Positions 53,956-64,000 of a stretch of DNA of 64,000 nucleotides are shown here, one piece after another. The notes under the pieces are model-generated. The model was not told the DNA's origin. It was given only the letters and a program-made list of their open reading frames with translations, and ran no database searches. The position numbers were made by a program, and so were the translations under genes. The stretch's first letter is position 1. Each line of letters begins with the position of its first letter. The DNA is from Octopus vulgaris (Eukaryota): the NCBI GenBank assembly GCA_951406725.2, contig OX597819.1:95170001-95234000 (forward strand), in the 5' to 3' direction.

Positions 53956-54117
53956 GAAAGGGAGAAAGAAAGAGAGAAAGGGAGAGAAAGATAGAGAAAA
54001 TAAAGACAAAAAACAATAGCCAGTTCATATATATGAAATCTATATATACTGAGGTTTGGCCAGCTCTAAATGTATGCAATCTAAAGAAACGTGTGTTGTT
54101 GACTGAATGAATATTTC

Positions 54118-54162
<45 letters not shown>

Positions 54163-54499
54163 CTGTTGTTGTTGTTTGTTGTTTAGTTCTAGATCAGTCC
54201 TAAACCAGCAGCCCTTAGATCAAAGGCGTTCAAGAGGTGATCTTCTTGGATTTTTTTTTTGTGTTGTTTGTTTTCCTGCCACTACAGCCGTGACTACATT
54301 ATCTAATGTGTCCTTCTATGCTTTATAACGTCAAATGTGGCTGCTATGTTTAGAAGGTCGGGTGACCGCGTAGAGGCTCCCGCGTTGGCTCGGAATGTCT
54401 GACGTCATCGCAAAATGTATTTTCTCCGACGCTTGAAATGATCTAGCAACTGGAGTTATTTTCTATTTTTATAAACAATGGTGTGTGTGCGTGTCTCAG

Positions 54500-54720
54500 C
54501 GTATGTATGTATGTATGTATGTATGTATGTATGTATGTATGTATGTATGTATGTATGTATGTATGTATGTGAATGTATGTATGTATGTAAGTATGTATGT
54601 ATGTATGTACGTATGTATGTACGTATGTATGTACGTATGTATGTACGTATGTATGTACGTATGTATGTATATATGTACGTATGTAGGTATTTATGTATTT
54701 ATGTATTTATGTATGTATAT
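54500..54720. repeat. (TATG)n microsatellite
   Basis: Direct reading. Confidence 0.95.
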
Positions 54721-55770
54721 ATATGCAGTGATTGTTGAATAGATATGTGGATGCGTTTGTATGTTTGTGTGCATGTTTATATACGTGTGTGTGTGTGTGT
54801 GTGATGTACGTGTATAAATGTATAAATATCTATGAATGTATGAGTTAATCTGTTCACATATACGTTGTGTGTACGTGTGTAAGTATAAACATACGAGTTA
54901 ACTAATCTGTCTAAGTACTTTCGGTTTCGGTTGTGTATTGTGAGTCTCTAAGTCAAATTTTCATTTCTCTCGTTTATGTTACAACAAACGCATATGTGAT
55001 ATTGCCTCCATTTAACTAGAATAACAATCATGTTACTGGAAACTATAGGTTAATAATTTAGATGCTATTGACTTGAATGAAATGTAATCGACTCTTATTG
55101 CAATCTGCTTCATGTAATATCTATGTTGACTGAATCAGATATATCTGTCTGAGTTTTATCTAAGTATTTCTTACATACAGTTTCATCAAAAACATGGCTT
55201 CATGGCAGCCATGACACAATGAAGTCGCATTCATTTCATATCACTTTTATTTGATTATAGATTAACTATGACTCTTTCTCCCTCTCTCTCCCCCTCTCCC
55301 CCTCTCTCTCTTTCGTTCTTTCTTTCTCTCGCTTTCTCTTTCTTCTTCACTAGCCCTTAATTAATCCATTAGCTCACTTCCTCTTTAATCTTACTTCTCC
55401 GCTGCATTTCATCTGTCTTTATTCTAATTAAGGAAGCTTACACTACTCCAGATATTAGGAATAACATTGTTCCTCACAATTTGTGACAGCATTGTTACAA
55501 CCTAGCAGCGTATTTATTCTTAAGTCTTAGCATCCCTCCTTAAAAGTTTTGGAAGTTTCTCCAATTTAATAGCTTTATTCTTTTAAACATTATTATCAGT
55601 CTAAACTCACTACTAATCAATACCAAGTTACATAGAGTAGAGAGGAGTTTCGACTGAAAATACTCAGAAAACGACAATTAGCTGTAATCATATTCTCTGT
55701 CTCTTAGTTCATTAGTTCATATGAAATAAGCAGTTACATGATACACAAATGGCTTCTTGGAATCTGCAAT

Positions 55771-55802
<32 letters not shown>

Positions 55803-56853
55803 TCGAACTTGGCACCAACAATAAGTTTATATGAAAAAAATTACTTTCTGCTCTTACACCACCTCTTAGTATATTAAACCCTTGTTTATCCTTCAACTCC
55901 TTTGTCCCTCATCTTTCCCCTTCAATTCACTCTCGACATTGTCTGAGTCTCCTCTTCATTCTATTCCTTTTTCCGCTTACCTCCTCACACTGTTTCTCCT
56001 ACCACTTCTTGTTCACGTATGAGGCTCACGTGATCCTGTGTTCCTTACCAATTGCTGCCAGTTTTCTTTTTATCTCAGAGGGTGTAAAACTTTGCTGTCT
56101 CATTAATTTCTCTCCTTTCCTTGGTGGATAATTCTGTGTGAAACGTTGTATTTTCCACTCCACACGGCAAGTTTACTGTACTCTTTTTATCGATTTTACT
56201 AATTAGTGGAAGTATTACCAATGAAGACCAACGCCAGCCTCTTTGGAGCCTGTTTAAACATATATATATATATAGCTGAATATTTTTGTTTTTATGGCTT
56301 AGCATGGAGTAGGAATCATACACAGAGGTGGTAAGATCAATCTAGTCTCCATGCGAGGTTTAAGAGGGAAATTAAAGAGGGTTGAAGCTATAAGAAAGAA
56401 GATGGGACAAAGTGGTTAGTGTGAAAAACCCGGAGAGTGAGACGCAGGAGAGGTGAAGTGGGGAGGAAAGACCGGTAAGATTCCTGATGGTGTTACCTAA
56501 CTATCTATTGTCAGGGTTACATCACGTATGTTGATGATTTATATTAGCAATCTATAAGACAATAAAAGTCATCTTAGAGCTGATATTGACTAAGGCCCCG
56601 TACATTTCAAGTTTATTGCATGAAGTTTAATTCAATGCACACATATACAGATACGTATGCACGCATGCGCGCGTGTGCACGTTTGTATATTTACATGTAC
56701 GTTTATTTATGTACATATGTATGTGTGCATATGCCTGAATGAGTATACATACATGCATACATACGGATATACATATGGCCGTATTCCGTATTCTATACAT
56801 ACACACACACATATTCAAATGTAGATATTGTACATATATATTGTATGTATATA

Positions 56854-58090
56854 CGAGGGTCGTTCAATAAGTAATGCCCCTGACCCACTTCCCATAGCAG
56901 TAGAGCAACGACACTTGGCACAGTTATTAGTCTTTTCCTACATAGGAACTACCCAGAGTTATGCATTTCTCCCATCGTTTGATACAGCTCTGGAGACTGT
57001 TTTTGTAGAAGACCCCAGCTTGGTCCTCCAACCACTACGTGACTTCAGAAATCAAGGCTGCATCATCTGGGAAACGCTTTCCTTTCAAAATCAACTTCAT
57101 GGCTGGGAAGAGGTGAAAATCAGAGGATGCAAGGGGAGGAGTTCATAGCTGCACGCCTGTGCTTCTGATCTGGCGACATGCGAGTTGTGGACCGGAGCGT
57201 TGTCCCGCCTCTTGATTTTTATAGCTTCTCTTAATTTCCTCAAAAGTGAAGCATAATAGGCTCCTGTAATTGTGGTACCCTTTGCCAGGAAATCTGTCAT
57301 CACTACTCCGTCCTGGTCCCAGAAGACTGTGAGCATAACCTTGTCAGCGGAGGGCTGCACCCTTGCCTTCTTTGGAGGAGGTGAGTCACGGTGCTTCCAC
57401 TGCATTGACTGGACTTTGGTCTCTGGATCATAGTGATGGACCCAGGTTTTATCCTGTGTGATCAGTCTTTTGAAAAATTTTGACTCATCTTCTTGGCACA
57501 TCTCCAAATTCATCCTCGAGCACTCAACGCGTTCTTGCTTCTGGAAAGGTGTGAGCAACCTGGAAATCCATCTGGCAGACACCTTTTGCATATGCAAATG
57601 GTCATGAATGATAGTTTCCACAGACCCGGTACTAATCTTGACCTTATGGGCTATTTGGCGAATAGTTATGCGTTGACCTTCCAAAATGGCAGCCTCAACT
57701 TGACGGACAGACGTCTCATCAACGGCAGAAGGGGGCGACCAGATCTGGGAGCTGTTTCCACAGAGTTCCGACCATGTTTGAATTCACAATGCCAGGATTT
57801 TACAAGGTCATATGATGGGGCATCATCACCATAAGTTACTTTCATTTCATCAAAAGTTTCCCGTGGTGTGCGTCCTTTCAAATACAAAAACCGGATCACT
57901 GCTCGACACTCAACATGCTCCATTTCACACTTGACTCAGTTCAAACACCTGTAAATCAGAAACCACAATCAGTTCAGAGCTGTAATTTGCCACTTAATCT
58001 ATAGAGATATAAATAATTACACATGCAAAATTTCAGCTAGATCAAACAACTGCAAGTGGGTCAGGGGCATTACTTATTGAACGCCCCTCG
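56854..58090 (-). mobile_element. mariner transposon (irritans-like), full TIRs, frameshifted and internally deleted transposase (about 57923-56960)
   Basis: 37-bp TIRs CGAGGG(T/G)CGTTCAATAAGTAATGCCCCTGACCCACTT with one mismatch; TA on both sides; RAVIRFLYLKG; WISRLLT (WVPRLLT); TQDKTWVHHYDPETK; VMLTVFWD; DNAPVH. Confidence 0.96.
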
Positions 58091-58224
58091 TATATATATA
58101 TATATATATATATATATGCCTGTATACATGTATGTATGTGTAATATATGTGTAGGTATATGTACACAGGCGCATGCAAAACACACACACGTTCATCGTTT
58201 CAAAAATATCAAAAGTATTACTTT

Positions 58225-59130
58225 AAATTCCTGCTTGTTCTTTCGTAGTGTATCGTCCACAGCCTCAGCCTGTTTAGGAGCAACTTTACCAGGCAATAAC
58301 AGAAGTGTGAACCCCCCCCACCAGTTATTGCAGTTGGATAGGTCCCATCTTCGACAGTTTTACAATGATTCCCTCTTGCCAACTCTGTGGCATTCTCAAC
58401 TCGCATCAACAGTAATACTTCAGACTTGTTAGTGCAGTCGCTAGTTCCCACCACATCTGAGCATTTCTGCGAAGATTATCCAATGCAGCAACTTTGTTGT
58501 TTTACATCTTTTTGATTACTTTTGTTGTCTTTTCACTTGTTATTGGATATTCTTCTACATTCAGAGCTATCTTATCATTTTGTTGGCGACAGTTGTACAG
58601 TTCTCTCGGTGTTGGTTGATTTAATGTTTCTCAAATATGTTTCATCTATCGGCAAGCTTGTCCTTCCATATTCAGCAAAGTCCTTCTCTGTTTATCAGCC
58701 ACTACTGTAAGTGATCCGCTCTTTGCTCCATTTTGCCCTCTAATTATGAGGTATAGAACCCTTGGATCATTTCAGCGGGCTGCTTCTGTCTTAGTACACG
58801 TCTGGTCTAGTAAATTTTTGCATTTAGAAATATTATTGAACAGTGTGTTGAGCATCAAAGACCATTGAAGCTAAATTGTATTCACTTTATAAGACATTTA
58901 ATAATGTATGCAGAGAGTTCCTGCTGAGACTTGTATTGCAGTACTGCATCCCTCAATACTTTATCAATATCTTTAGCGAACTTTACTCAAAGTTGCGATG
59001 CTGTGGACCAGACTTAGAAATAACTATAAGATCGATATCATCGACTAAAACACTCTCCAATGTACGCCCCAACATGGTCATAGTCTCACAGTCTGAGGAA
59101 GGAGTAAAAAAAACTTTTAGTGCAGCGGAC
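58225..59130. mobile_element. RTE-clade LINE RT fragment with inverted 5' part (minus about 58225-58780; plus about 58790-59130)
   Basis: Minus: PQSWQEGIIVKL..G.LSNCNNWWG.TLLLLPGK..LLNRL..AVDDTLR..KQEF. Plus: IFAFRNIIEQCVEHQRPL..N.I.F.KTFNNVCRE...YCIPQYFINIFSELY. Confidence 0.75.
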
Positions 59131-59794
59131 AAAAATTTCGTAAGAAAATGGTCCGCGGGCGGATCACAAGTTCTCTTATATCTGTGTAAATCTTGTATAT
59201 ATCTATGTATAATTCGATATACATTAATAAAGATATGTTTAAGACATTAAATTAACGCGCAATATCTTCATTAACGCCGCCACTGAATTTAGAATGCTTA
59301 TATTACTTATGAGGTATTCTATATTTTTCAGCTAGAGTATAGTTAGGTCTCAAGGGGGTGGTACAAACCTAGCAATATGTGTTTTATAGTGAAAACAATA
59401 TTTTATTCAAATCGCAATTACCGGACGATTTTCTGTTCGAGTCTAATCGTTTTAAGTCGTAGTGGAAACGTGACCTATATTGCAAATAGGCATATGAATA
59501 TTGTATAAATTTTATAATTGAAAAATTTACTGTATTTAGTACATACAAGTATACCAGTCAGCGGGCGCAATAAAATGGGCTCACGAGGGTTTCTCCACTC
59601 CTGGTCAAAGTACTGAAATAAGTAAAAGAACAAAAGAATGTTTGTGGTCAGTCTGTCTGTCCAGCACTCAACACTTGTCACCTTTCTGTAACTCTTCTGT
59701 AGTTGGTTTACTTGTTAGATGTAGCTGTCAAATCTCTCTCAAACCACACCATACCATCTTCAAAAATAAGACGGAAGGACATATTGGATCATCG

Positions 59795-59827
<33 letters not shown>

Positions 59828-61146
59828 ACAACAACAGCGGCGACGGTAGCAATAACATTCAAACTTCCTCACTTCCCCTTTCCTTTGTAACAATGTTAAA
59901 ACTTGGTTTTCTTGCGGCGAGAGTTATGAGACCTAGAAGTTGTTTCTACTCTCTGTTGAGACCACCTGTCTTCATTTTCATTTCACTAACGTCGTTTATG
60001 TCCCTTAAAACGGCACGAACGTCATCTCTTTGCCTTTTCCTTGTCTTCTGTTAATATATGGGACCACTGTGTCTAATAAAAAAAAATTAACTAATATCTG
60101 TTATTCTGAAGACAACTGTTAAAAAAGAATATCAGTGTGATTGGATAACGGTAGTTAGGGTTGTCCACAGCTAGCACCGCTCCTGTATCTATCAACAACA
60201 TGATCACTACAAATCTAATTAATGTAGCTGGTAATATGAGAACATATCTTTGCTTGAATTATAAGCTAGTACGTTTGACAGCAATCTTTATAAGCTGGAT
60301 GGCCTTTCTATCACTAACCATAAAAAGGAGTGAACTGGGCGTGTTAAGCATGAGTTCAGCTTGTACCACAGAGTTTATCTTGTTCTCCTTTGCATGATGG
60401 TGATGATGAGGATGGTGATGATAACGATGATGATAGTGGTGGTGGTGGTGGTATTGGCGATGATAAATGATAATGATGTTACACAATTTGGAGTTAGAAA
60501 TTTGAGATGGTAAAATACTGTGTTCATACTTTTCTAAAACCATTGATCTATAACAGGCGCAAAACCTTTTATTTGGAGAATGGAATATTCAAATTTAATG
60601 ATCCTATATTTCATCAATCCCGAAAAGGTAAAGTCGATCTCGTCGAGCGTTGAACCCAGAACGGCAAGATGTGCAAATAAATACTGCAAGGTATTTTCCC
60701 CCCAATACTCTCATCACTATCTAATCCACCAGCTTTTTTTAAAAAAGCATTAATGATTTCATTGAACTGGTCCAAATAAGAAATCTAAACATTATAAGAA
60801 AACAATACGCATAAGGACATGGAAAATGTGACTGCATGCAACAAATATTTTTCGAAGGGATTAATGGTGTATATAAATGAAGTAATTTGGCTTTAAGCGG
60901 GAATTTAAACCGTAAAGCTAATTTGATTTAACTTAGTTTGTGGTTATGTACATACAGTGGCAAACTAACAAGACCAATTGATATAAGTGATGTACAGACA
61001 ATTCAATCGACAACCAGTAGTTGACCAACTGTCACGTATTTGATTAACACCTGAATGAATTTCAATTGAACTCAAAACACACAGTGACATAACTAAATGC
61101 TGCGCACTCCTTTTCGTCCGACTGCCAATCCACCAGCATTTTATAC

Positions 61147-61382
61147 ATATTTCTTTACTACCCACAAGGGGCTAAACACAGAGAGGACAAACAAGGACAG
61201 ACAAAGGGATTAAGTCGATTAGATCGATCCCCAGTGTGTAACTGGTACTCAATTTATCAACCCTAAAAGGGTGAAAGGCAAAGTCGACCTCAGCGGAATT
61301 TGAACTCAGAACATTACGGCAGACGAAATACCGGTAAGGATTTCGCCCAGCGTGCTAACGATTCTGCCAGCTAGCTGCCTTA
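61147..61382 (-). mobile_element. SINE family A full copy
   Basis: Tail TATTTCTTTACTACCCACAAGGGG to head TCTGCCAGCT.GCTGCC. Confidence 0.9.
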
Positions 61383-63277
61383 GGTGATGTAAAATATTGC
61401 CTCCTCCCTCACAGCCAATAATTGACTGGCAGTTTATTTATCTATCTTGGAAGGTTGGAAAGCCTAACAATCACAACAATAATAGATTAGCTTTTGTGAT
61501 GATGAACATAGACCAAGAGGCAAGATGCCATTAAGCAAAAATCAAAGCGAGACTTCAATTTCTGCTTTCAGGATAAGAATGAGCATCGCACTTCACATTC
61601 TCCCTCTTATACAATGCAGTGAATTCATGCTGCATTAAAAAAAAATACAACAAAAAAACAATAATAAAATTGTTCACGTCCAAAATAAAGACAGTATATA
61701 GTAAAAGCGTAAGAGTACCGGACAAAATAGGTTGGTGTACTTAGTTACATCCCTTTACGTTCTTTGATTCGAGTCCTGCCACGGTCAACTTTACTTTATA
61801 TCCTCTGGTTTCGTTAAAGTAAATAATACGTAGTAAATTTCTACCTGGATGGAATTTAATCGACTTCACTCCTCGACGGTGGAAGTTATTGAAATCATTC
61901 AACAAACTAATAAGGGACGATGGAGGGTGCAAATGGCATCGGACATAATTATAACGTCTTGTAACAGTATTTAGCTGTCACATTACATTCTAAGTTCAAA
62001 TCCTATCGAAGTCAGCTTTACCTTTGTCTCATCCCCCCGCCTATAACAGGATCAATAAAACAAAAATTCCTCAACCCCTCCGAAATCGTGGATTTGTTCG
62101 CATGTAAGAAAGTAGTATACTTAACAAGAAAAACAATATTGATATTTTCTTCGGGCAATTTTGATATATTTCGCTTTCTTATCTTACTTCTTTTTCATTC
62201 TTTTGTATTATTTGCTTTTCTTTCGTGGTATTCGCTGTTTGCTTCTGCTTCCCCCACCCCCGCTAATTGTAATCTGTTAGAAATCAGTTACCTTCTAACT
62301 GGGCGCCACTAGCCAGGAATCAAGAACCAAGGTGTATATTGTTCTTTGAGTAAAGTTGTCCTTGCCTTATCTTCTTTATATAACCTGCTGAAACTACACC
62401 AGATGTTGGCCGTAAACACACTGGAATTTGTTTAACTTTGCAACAAACATACAAAGTTGCAGTCTGTTTTTCATCTATCTCGTTATTAAAGCAGTGGTAG
62501 TGATCTGTTGTATAGCTTTTGTGATCATAAAGTATTTATAGTTGCTCTACCGGCAGTTTAGATTTAATGCGAATTGGAACGAAAAATGCAAAGTTTGTAA
62601 ATAATGATTGCTCTCTTCAGACATAAAGTCATGAATGGCCGACTGGGTGGAGTTTCTGCTATTTTAATTGTTTAGTCCATGACTCTTTATTGAGACTTGT
62701 GGGAGGAAGAATATAAACTAGCTTCGAACCTGAGACGTGGCTCGAATACTTGCAATAGAGTGAATTATACTAAAGGCACCGAAGGATCAAGTAGTGCTTC
62801 TAAACCAAACGACTTAGTTTACCGTACAAGAACTCAGACTACAAACAACAAGAACAAATACCGCAGGGTATCTCGTCCGACGTTCTAAAAATACCATCAA
62901 CCCATCGCCCTAACCTGGCACTTAATTTCATTGACTCTTAAAAGAATGAATGACAAAGACCTCGACGGAACTTGCACAATGAGCCGTGAGAGCCAGAACA
63001 AGTACTGCAATATATTTTAGCATATGCTTTAACGAGTCTTTTTCCTATATGCGGGGAACCAAAGAGCACGTTAGCTAGTATGACTTCTTTTAAGACGTTC
63101 GGTATGATCTGAAGAACATTTGGTTGCTATTTCTAGCAGATCGAGCGACCACATAGAGGGACAAATGATTTGTTAACTTACAGTGCTGAACTCAAACCTT
63201 TCCCACTCACTACACGTGTCTCTTGTTGAGAATTGGGCTGATTTATCCAAGTACAATTTGAAGAGAGTGTGTATATA

Positions 63278-63397
<120 letters not shown>

Positions 63398-63831
63398 CAT
63401 TAGTTGTGTGCCTCTGCGACCCAAAAGAGCAAAGATATTCTCCAGTCAGGTAGAAAACCAATATTTATTGAAGAAGTATATAATCAATAAAGGATGAAAA
63501 GCGATTTCGACCTCGATGGTTTTTAAAGTCAAAACGTAAAGAGATGCAATTAAATGCTGCATGACAATTAGTTTAGAAGAAGGGGTTGGGATGACTTAGT
63601 TACCAATATTTGATTGATCCATTTCTGGAAAGATCAACGGCAAGGTCGGTCGAAGCAGAATTTGAACTCACAGCGTAATGTGATGTAACGAGATAAAATA
63701 TATTAGCAATAGAATATAGATTATTATCCCAAATAAGAACCCATATGACAAGGCGAACTCAGATACTTACTATTTTCAACATCTTTGAAACTCAATCATC
63801 TAAAAAGTTATTAATGTATCTTTATTTATTA

Positions 63832-64000
63832 AGGCGGCAAGCTGGCAGAGTCGTTAACACGCCGGGTGAAATGCGTAGCCGTATTTCGTCTGCCGCTACG
63901 TTCTCAGTTCAAATTCCGCCGAGGTCGACTTTGCCTTTCATCCTTTCGGGGTCGATTAAATAAGTACCAGTTACGCACTGGGGTCGATATAATCGACTTG
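63832..64000 (+). mobile_element. SINE family A (runs off the window end)
   Basis: AGGCGGCAAGCTGGCAGAGTCGTTAACACGCCGGG...GTTCAAATTCCGCCGAGGTCGACTTTGCC. Confidence 0.9.

Noticed and set aside
57097-57923. Domesticated SETMAR-like or active transposase
   Set aside because: Frameshift near 57700 and deletions removing residues before the second Asp and the YSPDL motif; intact TIRs indicate an ordinary dead copy.
60259-60543. His-rich protein ORF (also the poly-Ser, poly-Thr and poly-Met ORFs at 54107, 59642, 45649, 39697)
   Set aside because: Derived from trinucleotide repeats; no splice or homology evidence.

Overview
AT-rich, microsatellite-dense eukaryotic non-genic DNA. The SINE families and repeat spectrum resemble a cephalopod (Octopus) genome; this is an inference from recalled sequence. 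I found no host protein-coding exon, RNA gene or CRISPR array. Nearly all long ORFs in the track are microsatellite artefacts or decayed transposon genes. The window holds: a Helitron PIF1-like helicase relic interrupted by two SINEs; two Tc1/mariner elements with TIRs; two MITEs with 8-bp TSDs; an old LTR element with two LTRs, PBS and PPT; several solo-LTR-like islands; four Penelope-like elements (PLEs) of about three lineages; R4/Dong-type LINEs stacked in a (TAA/TGA)n array; RTE LINE fragments, one with an inverted 5' part; and at least three tRNA-derived SINE families. The most interesting observations are degenerate minimal hammerhead ribozymes at (TA)n-anchored element ends (one behind an unassigned ORF of about 166 codons), SINE concatemers with a recurring tail-to-internal junction, a chimeric SINE insertion that duplicated about 235 bp, and a twin-priming-like RTE inversion. 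All alignments were made by eye, so coordinates of degenerate elements are approximate.
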